From positions 1 through 64,000 of the IMG/VR virus record IMGVR_UViG_3300031992_000046: a DNA stretch of 64,000 nt. One strand, given 5' to 3'. Within the stretch, counting starts at the first letter, position 1. Each line of letters begins with the position of its first letter. Made by a program: the position numbers and the translations under genes. This document shows positions 37,525-46,458 of this stretch, one piece after another. Below the pieces are notes generated by a model, which saw nothing but the letters and a program-made list of their open reading frames with translations, had not been told where the DNA came from and ran no database searches. The DNA comes from a virus. Lineage: Duplodnaviria; Caudoviricetes.

Positions 37525-40500
37525 TGCTTGTTAAATACAACTCGCTGAATAGGGTTGACAAACCTCTGATGACTCTATGTAATCCTGGGAGCCAACACCT
37601 TGGAATTTCCAAGCCCGACAACAGAGTGATCGGCCCGATAGTTGACACCGAAGCCGAAGAAATCATCTATAATTTCAACGCCCCCTCCGAGCTGAACTTC
37701 AGGATGAATCGCGTTATTAGGGGTGACAAAAGCATCGACGGGCGCAACAACACCGTTTTTAACGGGCTTTTAGCCCGCAGGCTGATATACGTTGACGGCA
37801 TAGGGTACTTCTCGATAACAAGCGTAAAGACGGGATACTCAGAAGGCGCGTATTACAAAGACGTTTCAGCACAGTCCGCAGAGATCGAGATACAGCAGCA
37901 AAGCATTCCCTATATTGAGGACGGGACATATTATCTGTTCACTCAAAACAACCATAAAGGAATACTCGATATAGTGATGGAGGTGCTGCAGTCTTCGTTC
38001 GGTATCAATAAGGCATATTATGACATTCTGACGGAAGAGGATACGATTCAAAAAGAAATCGAACGGTGTCAGACGCTTATTCGTTTGTATGAAGAATTTA
38101 TGGCATTCATCGATGATCCCGGAGATATTTTGCCGGGGACTTTGGCGTATGAGAAAGCAATTAAAGACTTCAACGACGCAATAGAGCAGAACGGCGGCGA
38201 AACCATAGAACAGGATACAACCGAAAACATGGAGGCCGCAATCAACTCGCAACTTTCACTGGCGGTCGACGCGCTTGAACAGGCCAAATATGATATGGGT
38301 CTTGCAAAGGAGCAAGAAAGAGAGATACGCGAACAGATAGCTTCTGACGGCGCATATGCAACGTCTGCATATCCTGCCTGGACTATCAGATATATCGCGC
38401 CGAGTCTCGCCGGGAAAATGCGAACATTTGAAGACGTCGACCCGACGCTGGATTGCCTGACATTCCTGACCGAGAATCTTCAGGAAGCATATGAATGTAT
38501 CTTTATATTCGACCCCTCACTGCGTATGATCGACGTATACGATCAGAACGAGTTTTCCCGGGAAACGAACATTCAGCTCTCGGTGTACGATTTTATCGAC
38601 ACGATGGAAATTACCGAGAACTCGGACGAGGTGTTTTCGGCGCTTAACGTAAGGGCAAGTGACGACACAGGGATAGGATCCGTCAATCCTCTCGGCACAA
38701 ATATAATCTATAATTTTGATTATTACAAGCCCTGGATGAGCTCTGCACTCAGGACGGCGATTGCCAACTGGGAGGCGGGACTGGCAGACGAAAACCCCAG
38801 TCATCACGGCATCGGGCATTATCTCAGCGTAAATAAAAAATATTATCACGTTTTAACTGAACAGTCTAATACACAATCGGAGATTGAAAGACTCGAACTG
38901 CTGAAACAACTATACCAAAGATTACGCGACAACATAGTCGCCGAGAGTGGGGCGTCACAATTAAATAAATATAATCAAGCGATTGTTGCAAACGGCGGGG
39001 CGTCAATACCTGCCGGGGCGATTGATCGGATGCTGGGAGCTGTAGATTCTCAGATATCTTCAGTCAACAGCGGTCTTGCAACTCAACGGGCGACGTTGCG
39101 CACGCTTGTGACACAGGCGGCAAGTTATAGCTCCGAAATCGCCTATGATAACTTATGGAACGGGTTCACGAGCCAGTCCCATTATTTTAACACACCCGAG
39201 CTGGTAGACGAACTCAGGAATTTTATCTTTGAGGGCAGCTATACAGACGAGTTCTTGACCATCACCGAGGATATGACATACGATGAACAGTTTGAGCAGA
39301 TGGAAGCTCTGTATCGTCGGGGCGTAGAGCAGCTGAACAGGGTCAGCCAGCCTAACCCGGAATTCACGGTGGATTCCGAGAGCGGCCTGTTTGTCCGAGA
39401 GTTTGCCCGTTGGAGCGACGAGCTCGAGACAGGATGCATTATTGACGTTCTTTATCGCCGAACCGACACCCAGGACGAAGTGGCTTCGCTGTTTCTTTCG
39501 TCTATTACGGTAAATTATGATGAGCAGACAATGTCCCTCAAATTTGCCGGGAAGTTGAATCGAAGTGATCCGAAGGCGCTTTATAAGAAGGTACTCGGAC
39601 AAATCAGCAAGTCTGCCAACTCCGTAAACTTTATCAACAACGCGATTGCGCCAGTTAAAGAGGGGCAGTTTGACGAGATGAAGGCTGAAATCCAGGGATC
39701 TCGTGACATCACAGTGCAGGCGGCGTTCGCATCTGCAAATGAGGAAATAGTAATTGACGGCTCAGGGCTGACCGGAAAGGCGTATGATGCAAGTACCGGA
39801 ACGTACGACCCGAGGCAGATTAAGATCACTTCTCAAAACATTATATTCACCGACGACGGATGGTCGAGTGCCAAAACCGCTATCGGACGGATGCTGTGGC
39901 GGGATACTGAGGTGTATGGAATAAACGGCCAAGCGATAATCGGCGATATTATTATCGGCGAAAATGTCTTCTTAAAAAACGAAGACAACACGGTTACGTT
40001 TGATAACACAGGTCTAACCATCCAAAACACCCGTAACGCGATCAGGATATTTCCCGGAGACAATGGCGACAACCTTATGGAAGTCACCGATAATACCGAT
40101 CCGCTGAGCCCGAAAATGCTGCTCGGTCTCACGAGCAGCGGGTCGTTATATTTAAACCCAGAGGCGGTTCAAATAGCGTGGAACAACAACGGCGAGACGA
40201 TCCGTATCGAAGATGTGGGTGGAATGGCGCAGCTGAATATATATCAAAGCTACGTTAATCCGTATAACTATCAGAAGCTCATTTCTTTTGACCAAACCGG
40301 GAGCAATTTTTATAACCCCGACAACAATGCTCACATCGGAAAAATCGGTACAAGCTACTATTCCGGGTCGGCTGAGCAGTATAAGGGGTTGGCATTTGAC
40401 CTCGATTACGACGGCTATTTTATGGCGTGGACAAGCCAAGATACCGAGAACGGGACTTACGAGCCCGTACTCTCTTATATGTCCAAGGATCTCGACCCCA

Positions 40501-40943
40501 CGCTGTATACCTTCAAAAAGGGTCTTCATCTCGATGCTGATATATGGATCCATCCGAGCAACGTGATGCAAATTTACTCCGACATAAGGATTCTGGACGG
40601 TTCGCAAAGTATTGACATTTATCACGACATCGATATGCATGGTTATACTATACAGCACGCCATTGTGACGGCGCCCTCGGACATCCGCCTGAAGAAGAAT
40701 ATAGAGGAATATACTGACAGTGCGCTTACGCTCATCGATTCCATCAAGCTGAATTCGTTCGACTGGGTCGAAACTGATAAGCACGAAGACATCGGGTTCA
40801 TCGCGCAACAGTTGAGAGAGGTTATTCCCGACGCGGTGCAGGAAGACGATAAAAGCGGGCGGCTTTACGTTAAGCCGATGCATCTCATACCATATCTGGT
40901 CGGAGCAGTTCAGGACTTATACAAACTCATTAAAAAAGAATGA
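37524..40943 (+). CDS. Tal/tail spike with C-terminal intramolecular chaperone (S74-like)
   Basis: Follows Dit; SDIRLKKNI..GFIAQQL..IPDAV..LVGAVQDL. Confidence 0.85.
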   Translation: MLVKYNSLNRVDKPLMTLCNPGSQHLGISKPDNRVIGPIVDTEAEEIIYNFNAPSELNFRMNRVIRGDKSIDGRNNTVFNGLLARRLIYVDGIGYFSITSVKTGYSEGAYYKDVSAQSAEIEIQQQSIPYIEDGTYYLFTQNNHKGILDIVMEVLQSSFGINKAYYDILTEEDTIQKEIERCQTLIRLYEEFMAFIDDPGDILPGTLAYEKAIKDFNDAIEQNGGETIEQDTTENMEAAINSQLSLAVDALEQAKYDMGLAKEQEREIREQIASDGAYATSAYPAWTIRYIAPSLAGKMRTFEDVDPTLDCLTFLTENLQEAYECIFIFDPSLRMIDVYDQNEFSRETNIQLSVYDFIDTMEITENSDEVFSALNVRASDDTGIGSVNPLGTNIIYNFDYYKPWMSSALRTAIANWEAGLADENPSHHGIGHYLSVNKKYYHVLTEQSNTQSEIERLELLKQLYQRLRDNIVAESGASQLNKYNQAIVANGGASIPAGAIDRMLGAVDSQISSVNSGLATQRATLRTLVTQAASYSSEIAYDNLWNGFTSQSHYFNTPELVDELRNFIFEGSYTDEFLTITEDMTYDEQFEQMEALYRRGVEQLNRVSQPNPEFTVDSESGLFVREFARWSDELETGCIIDVLYRRTDTQDEVASLFLSSITVNYDEQTMSLKFAGKLNRSDPKALYKKVLGQISKSANSVNFINNAIAPVKEGQFDEMKAEIQGSRDITVQAAFASANEEIVIDGSGLTGKAYDASTGTYDPRQIKITSQNIIFTDDGWSSAKTAIGRMLWRDTEVYGINGQAIIGDIIIGENVFLKNEDNTVTFDNTGLTIQNTRNAIRIFPGDNGDNLMEVTDNTDPLSPKMLLGLTSSGSLYLNPEAVQIAWNNNGETIRIEDVGGMAQLNIYQSYVNPYNYQKLISFDQTGSNFYNPDNNAHIGKIGTSYYSGSAEQYKGLAFDLDYDGYFMAWTSQDTENGTYEPVLSYMSKDLDPTLYTFKKGLHLDADIWIHPSNVMQIYSDIRILDGSQSIDIYHDIDMHGYTIQHAIVTAPSDIRLKKNIEEYTDSALTLIDSIKLNSFDWVETDKHEDIGFIAQQLREVIPDAVQEDDKSGRLYVKPMHLIPYLVGAVQDLYKLIKKE

Positions 40944-40955
40944 AAGGGCTATTTT

Positions 40956-41153
40956 ATGAAACCGCTAACGGTTGCAAAAGAAGAATTTGTGAGCGCTCTC
41001 GTGGAGCTGTGCAACAATGCGCAACTCCCGTTTTTTGTTATTGAGAGCGCTCTGAAGGATATCCTCCAAGAAGTCCACGCCGCGAGTCTGAAACAGTATA
41101 AGGCGGATAAAGCCGAATACGAAAAAGAGATGGCGGCTCAGGAGGAAAAATAA
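40956..41153 (+). CDS. Small hypothetical protein
   Basis: SD and operon position. Confidence 0.75.
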   Translation: MKPLTVAKEEFVSALVELCNNAQLPFFVIESALKDILQEVHAASLKQYKADKAEYEKEMAAQEEK

Positions 41154-41168
41154 AACGGGAGGAAGAAA

Positions 41169-41729
41169 ATGAAAGATTTCATACTCACTGTCACGGGAGT
41201 CGTGGGAGGCTTTATTTCGTGGCTCGTCGGGGGGTGGAACGCCGCATTGACTACACTGGTTATTTTTATGGCTATTGACTTCATTTCGGGACTGATCGTT
41301 GCCGGAGTCTTCAAAGAATCGAAGAAGACCGAAAGCGGCGCGCTCTCGAGTAAAGTCGGGTTTAAGGGAATTTGCAAGAAATGTATGACCCTCTTGTTTG
41401 TTCTTATAGGGGCGCAGCTTGATATCGTGCTGAAAGTAAATATGGTACGTGACGGCGTTTGCATCGCGTTCATCCTGAACGAGCTTATCAGCATCGTAGA
41501 GAATGCCGGCCTTATGGGTATTCCGATTCCCGGCGTTATTCAGAAGGCGTTGGATATGCTTCAGAAGAAAAACACCCCACCCGCAGACGGTAAAGCGTCC
41601 ACGGAAGAAACTATATCTGAAGACGACGAACACATAGAGCACGAAGAAGAATACGACGAAGAAGACGCTGGCGAGGACGATGATGAGGATGATGATGAAA
41701 ATGATGAGGAGATAGAAGATGGCGATTAA
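41169..41729 (+). CDS. Holin (toxin secretion/phage lysis type) with acidic tail
   Basis: TM segments; IDFISG, SSKVGFKGICKK, NELISIVENAGLMGIPIP; adjacent to the amidase. Confidence 0.92.
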   Translation: MKDFILTVTGVVGGFISWLVGGWNAALTTLVIFMAIDFISGLIVAGVFKESKKTESGALSSKVGFKGICKKCMTLLFVLIGAQLDIVLKVNMVRDGVCIAFILNELISIVENAGLMGIPIPGVIQKALDMLQKKNTPPADGKASTEETISEDDEHIEHEEEYDEEDAGEDDDEDDDENDEEIEDGD

Positions 41730-42558
41730 GATAAACAAACTTCTTACTCCCTATAACTACTGGAGCGGAAGAGCCGGCTACTCGGTCGAGTGGATTACTC
41801 TCCACTATACGGCTAACACGTATCAGCCCGACCTCGCAAAAAATGAGTGCGCGGCTTTTGCGAGTAAATATGTCGGTGCGTCGGCCCACTTCTTCGTTGA
41901 CACCAATTCGATATGGCAATCCGTCGAAGTTACCGATACCGCGTGGCATTGCGGGGATAACCCGCCGTCAAGGAATGGTTGTATCAACCGGAATTCGATT
42001 GGGATCGAGATGTGCAACGTTTATAAAGACGGCGTATATTACATCGACGACGCGACCGTGAATATGACAGTAAAGCTTGTGTGCTATCTGCTGGAAATGT
42101 TCCCGAACGCCAAGCTTTGCCGCCATTATGACGTGACCGGCAAAGTATGTCCTCAGCCGTGGGTTAACAGCCCGGAGCTGTGGCGACAATTTCAAAAACG
42201 TGTAGAAGAGGAGAGACCTATGACACCCGCAGAAAGAACCGAATTTAATCAACTCAAGACACAGGTGAGCGATCTTCAAAAGATGGTCAAGGCACTTGGA
42301 ACCCAGCTCACTTCATTTCAGACGACGTTTGAGTCGTTCAGTCAGAGCGTAATCAGGAATCTTAATGCCCTGAACGACCGCACGAAAGCACAATATAACA
42401 CGGTAGAAGAGTGCCCGGATTGGGCTCGCCCGACAGTTCAGAAACTTGTTGACAAGAAATATCTCCGCGGTGTGAACGCAAAAGGAGATCTTGCCCTCAC
42501 CACAGACCTTACTCGTACGCTTGTCGTGATTGATAGGTCGGGTGGATTCGACAACTAA
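41719..42558 (+). CDS. Endolysin, N-acetylmuramoyl-L-alanine amidase (Amidase_2)
   Basis: LHYTAN, ASAHFFVD, AWHCG, NSIGIEMC, RHYDVTGKVCP. Confidence 0.92.
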   Translation: MAIKINKLLTPYNYWSGRAGYSVEWITLHYTANTYQPDLAKNECAAFASKYVGASAHFFVDTNSIWQSVEVTDTAWHCGDNPPSRNGCINRNSIGIEMCNVYKDGVYYIDDATVNMTVKLVCYLLEMFPNAKLCRHYDVTGKVCPQPWVNSPELWRQFQKRVEEERPMTPAERTEFNQLKTQVSDLQKMVKALGTQLTSFQTTFESFSQSVIRNLNALNDRTKAQYNTVEECPDWARPTVQKLVDKKYLRGVNAKGDLALTTDLTRTLVVIDRSGGFDN

Positions 42559-42582
42559 TAAACACCGATACAGAAAGGAGGG

Positions 42583-44583
42583 ATGGTTTTGAGCGAAATC
42601 ACCCTTATGGATTCGCAGGGGCACCTGCTTGATAAACTCTATCAATGGGATAGCCATGTGGTAATTTATATCAGCGGCTTCCCAGTCGATCCACTGCCTA
42701 CCCTGCATTTTGCGCATCAGTGCTCCGATACAGCACTGGTGGTTATACCTACGGTAGACAACAGTAGACTCGTTGCCACCATCCCAGACGTTCTACTGCA
42801 AGATGACAGCCCAATCGTTGTATATATCTACGTCCCGTTCGCTGAGGGTGGAGAAACGGGGTATCGAACAGTCGAAGAAATAGTATTGACCGTAATAGCC
42901 CGTCCTAAACCTGGAGAATATTCGACTACGGATGTTACGGCAATCTCTCTTGAGGTTACCGAGCGTGGGGTATACACGCCCCCTGACAGGACACTGTACA
43001 GTCAGGTAGACACTATGGGGATACCGTATAACGTCAACCAGGGCGATGTGGATAAGGTGGTTGACAGCAGCGGGAACTTAGTTACACAGACGTCGACCGG
43101 TATATATACTAACGGTACTTACGACACAACGACCGTTAAACAGGTTACAGTAGACGTTCCAAACTCATATGAGGCGTCCGACGTCGGGAAGGTCTTAAAC
43201 GCAAACTATGAATTTCAGGCTCAGGATGATATGGAAATAAATTCGAATGGCGTTTATGACACCCCTACCAAAAAACGGGTTACAGTTAATGTTTGGCAGG
43301 GCGATGTTTCGGCCGCCGATAACGGTAAAGTGGTAGTCGACGGCGCCCTTGTTAATCAGGATGCATTGACGGTTACGGAGAACGGCACGTACGATACGAC
43401 CTCAAAGAACATAATAAATGTGAGCGTACCCAGGAGCTCTCTTCCCTGCAGCGTGACCTTTGAGGCTAACGGGGCTACATTACAGACAGTCTCTGTTGAT
43501 TATAACGGTACGGCTATCTATACGGGTCCCACACCGACGTATGCTCCCGATCCCAATAATTACGAGTTTGCAGGGTGGGCGCCTAAGGCGTCGTTTGACT
43601 CTAACGGGTATCCCAGTAATATTACCGGCGATCTCATTTTCGAGGCACAGTTTAGATACATTTCAGCGTACGGCGATTTGATTACAGACTCGTGGGACGT
43701 GATATCCGAGCGTTCTCTGGCCGGGACTGCGTCGCAGTTTTATGGGATCGGCGACTACAAACCCGTATCTATATCCGGTATTATCGGAAACGCAGCGGTT
43801 AGTATGGTACTGAATGCCGTCATTATTGATTTTGATCATAACAATAATAATTCAACCTCCAGCCGCAACGAAGGCGCCGGAATCTCCTTTGGGTTATTTG
43901 GATTGGGATATGGGGACGCCCTTCAAAATGTCTGTATAACGGACTCAGACTACGGCGGCACTGGATCCTCGTTTTCAAAAATGTTCAACATCATTCACGC
44001 GGGTGTGCGCGGGTTTGGAGGATGGAAGGGCAGCGATGTCAGATACGACATTCTGGGAAGCACCGACGTGTCGCCGTCCGGTTATGGTTCGGCACCAGAT
44101 ATTACTCGTGTAGGATATGACGCAACCGTCGCTTGCGCAACAACTCCTGTTCAGAATACTTTAATGTCGTGCCTCCCGGCGTCGCTTCGGGCGAAGATGA
44201 AGCCGATTAAGAAGTTCTCAAACAACAAAGGGGTTAATAACGGCAAGGTAGAAAACCTCGTCACTGCGTCCATAGACTATCTCCCTCTGCTGAGCGCCGT
44301 CGAGATAGCCGGTACGGGAGGGGGGTATGTGTACGATCAAGAAGCAACACGCCAGTCCCAGTATGCATTTTTCGCAAATAATTCATATGCAATGAAAAAT
44401 ATCAGAGATACCACACAGTACGCCGGATACTGGACAAGATCCCCGGTACTTGAAGAAAGCCCCTATAGTGAACTTGCGCAAACCGGGTGGGTTGCCATAT
44501 CCGGTGACCAGCAAACTTTGGGAAGTTTGACTAATATACCCGCAATTACTTCTTTGGGGATTTTGCCCGTATTTTTGATTTGA
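42583..44583 (+). CDS. Baseplate/receptor-binding-like protein (BppU-like N-terminus, repeats, DUF6273-like C-terminus)
   Basis: LYQWD N-terminus; NGTYDTT repeats; B-repeat-like YEFAGW; YWTRSP...GILPVFLI end. Confidence 0.7.
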   Translation: MVLSEITLMDSQGHLLDKLYQWDSHVVIYISGFPVDPLPTLHFAHQCSDTALVVIPTVDNSRLVATIPDVLLQDDSPIVVYIYVPFAEGGETGYRTVEEIVLTVIARPKPGEYSTTDVTAISLEVTERGVYTPPDRTLYSQVDTMGIPYNVNQGDVDKVVDSSGNLVTQTSTGIYTNGTYDTTTVKQVTVDVPNSYEASDVGKVLNANYEFQAQDDMEINSNGVYDTPTKKRVTVNVWQGDVSAADNGKVVVDGALVNQDALTVTENGTYDTTSKNIINVSVPRSSLPCSVTFEANGATLQTVSVDYNGTAIYTGPTPTYAPDPNNYEFAGWAPKASFDSNGYPSNITGDLIFEAQFRYISAYGDLITDSWDVISERSLAGTASQFYGIGDYKPVSISGIIGNAAVSMVLNAVIIDFDHNNNNSTSSRNEGAGISFGLFGLGYGDALQNVCITDSDYGGTGSSFSKMFNIIHAGVRGFGGWKGSDVRYDILGSTDVSPSGYGSAPDITRVGYDATVACATTPVQNTLMSCLPASLRAKMKPIKKFSNNKGVNNGKVENLVTASIDYLPLLSAVEIAGTGGGYVYDQEATRQSQYAFFANNSYAMKNIRDTTQYAGYWTRSPVLEESPYSELAQTGWVAISGDQQTLGSLTNIPAITSLGILPVFLI

Positions 44584-44597
44584 AAGGAGGGGAACCA

Positions 44598-44807
44598 ATG
44601 ATTCAATTAGCTTTTATTGGTAATCACCCGAACGTTAATAATAAGCACTATATTGTAGACACTATTTCGGAGTTGTCCGAAATAGAGGAGCTGTCGTTTG
44701 GATATACCGCGTACTGTTTGGAGGACAAAAATACTTATATTGTGGATGGTACGGGTGAGTTCGTTCAGTCTGGTTCTGACTGTCCGCCCTTTGTAAAAGG
44801 GAGTTGA
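44598..44807 (+). CDS. Small protein made only of the shared N-terminal module
   Basis: AAAGGAGG SD; YIVDT..EL...FG..AYC...K.TYI..G.G matches the N-termini of 46035 and 49217. Confidence 0.75.
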   Translation: MIQLAFIGNHPNVNNKHYIVDTISELSEIEELSFGYTAYCLEDKNTYIVDGTGEFVQSGSDCPPFVKGS

Positions 44808-44811
44808 TCGA

Positions 44812-45912
44812 ATGAGCGTAGTTATACTCGACAGCAATGGGCAGCAAATAAAAAAATTCTATCAATGGGACTATAATATTTCAATTCAAATCCGAGGCGT
44901 TGAGTTTGATATCGACATATCCCCAATCGATCTTACCGGCATTACAATGACTAATGGGGGGTATATCAATCCCGACGGGGTGGTTCGTTCTGCAAGCGGT
45001 TCGGCTTATACGGGTTATATTCCGGTCACCCCGGGGCAAAAGATCCAGTTGGGCGGCGTGTATTTAGACAGTGTGCGAAGTATATGTGCGTATGACTCGA
45101 GTAAGCACAAGATAGGCGATGCTCTCAACGGGATAAACAGCGATACGGTGGTTTTCGTTGTTCCGCCTGAGGGCGCCTACATCAGAGTAACAGCTCAAAC
45201 AACAAACAGCCTTACTGCCGGAGAAATCACGCGTGCCCCTGACATCAATTTTGCAAACGGAAGCTGCGGGACTGCTATTTCAGTAACTCCTGCTATTACC
45301 ACACCGGGCGGGGTAACTACTTTAACCACGGTTGTGCCAAACAGTATGCTTACGACGCCGGAGGCAATGAGGATTTTTTTCTATACCAATATTGCCGCAA
45401 GCGAATACCGCACTACGTATGAAACGACCATTCCGGTAATGCCCCGGCAAATCCCGGCTGACTATCCCGGCGGCGGAGCCGTCTCAATCGTTGAAATTGA
45501 GCCTTTGACCGTGGATGCCAACGGGGTATTCACAGCACGCGCCGGCACAGCATGGTCTCCGGTAACTGTGAATGTGCCCTCAGAAGATACTGGAACTGTA
45601 CAGATCTCCACGAACGGCATTCACGACGTAACAGGCTATGCCTCAGCAAATGTAGACGTACCTGCATCGGAGGTCGACAGCGGCACAAAGCAAATCGCCT
45701 CAAACGGGACTCACGATATAGTAGGATACGCTACCGCACAGGTTGAAGTGCCAAATTCCTATTCGGCCAGCGACGAGGGAAAAGTTGTGTCAAGCGGCAC
45801 GCTGATATCGCAGACCCCTCACGCAATGGTAACTTCAAATGGGACGTTTAACACCACATACAACAACAGCGTCGAGGTAAGTATCCCCTCCGCTGAATCG
45901 ATTTTGTTCTAA
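44812..45912 (+). CDS. Baseplate-like repeat protein
   Basis: FYQWD N-terminus; NGTHD/DEGKVV repeats; SIPSAES end. Confidence 0.75.
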   Translation: MSVVILDSNGQQIKKFYQWDYNISIQIRGVEFDIDISPIDLTGITMTNGGYINPDGVVRSASGSAYTGYIPVTPGQKIQLGGVYLDSVRSICAYDSSKHKIGDALNGINSDTVVFVVPPEGAYIRVTAQTTNSLTAGEITRAPDINFANGSCGTAISVTPAITTPGGVTTLTTVVPNSMLTTPEAMRIFFYTNIAASEYRTTYETTIPVMPRQIPADYPGGGAVSIVEIEPLTVDANGVFTARAGTAWSPVTVNVPSEDTGTVQISTNGIHDVTGYASANVDVPASEVDSGTKQIASNGTHDIVGYATAQVEVPNSYSASDEGKVVSSGTLISQTPHAMVTSNGTFNTTYNNSVEVSIPSAESILF

Positions 45913-45924
45913 GAGGCGATAAAA

Positions 45925-45969
45925 ATGGCTGAATATACTGTTCAAGATACATTTATACGTACTCTGTAG
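45925..45969 (+). pseudogene. 14-codon remnant MAEYTVQDTFIRTL
   Basis: Same upstream junction (TTCTAAG.GGCGATAAAAATGGCTGAATATA) and first codons as gene 46459. Confidence 0.6.
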
Positions 45970-46034
45970 GTGTTTAACCATATAGTGATAGGCTATCCGA
46001 ATAAACGACAACACTACTTTGAAAGGAGGCCCCT

Positions 46035-46445
46035 ATGATTGAGCTTATCAGGGATGGCGTCATCTCGAATACAAAAAACAAAAAATATATTATTGACACG
46101 GCCGATGAACTCGGTCAACTCGACATCGATTTTGGTAATGAGGCGTATTGTATCACCGAGAAGACCACCTATATATGTAACGGCTCGGGTAGATATATAG
46201 AGAAGAAGTCGAGTGGTGGGGGGAGCGGCATCGAAATTGAATCACTGTCGGTAACGGCCAATGGCATTTATACAGCCGACGAGGGAAAAGCGTATTCACC
46301 TGTGAATGTGCACGTCCCCGCATCCGAGGTGGATAGTGGTATAAAGTATATCACGACAAACGGCGTACACAGTGTTGTTGGATATGCGGATGTCGACGTA
46401 AATGTCGAAATAAGCATTCCATCAGCCGAGTCAAATACATTCTAA
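46035..46445 (+). CDS. Small modular repeat protein
   Basis: Shared N-terminal module joined to a C-terminus like that of 44812. Confidence 0.8.
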   Translation: MIELIRDGVISNTKNKKYIIDTADELGQLDIDFGNEAYCITEKTTYICNGSGRYIEKKSSGGGSGIEIESLSVTANGIYTADEGKAYSPVNVHVPASEVDSGIKYITTNGVHSVVGYADVDVNVEISIPSAESNTF

Positions 46446-46458
46446 GGGGGCGATAAAA

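Noticed and set aside
44400-44583. Diversity-generating retroelement target in the DUF6273-like C-terminus
   Set aside because: No reverse transcriptase and no template repeat seen in the window; cannot be excluded outside it.
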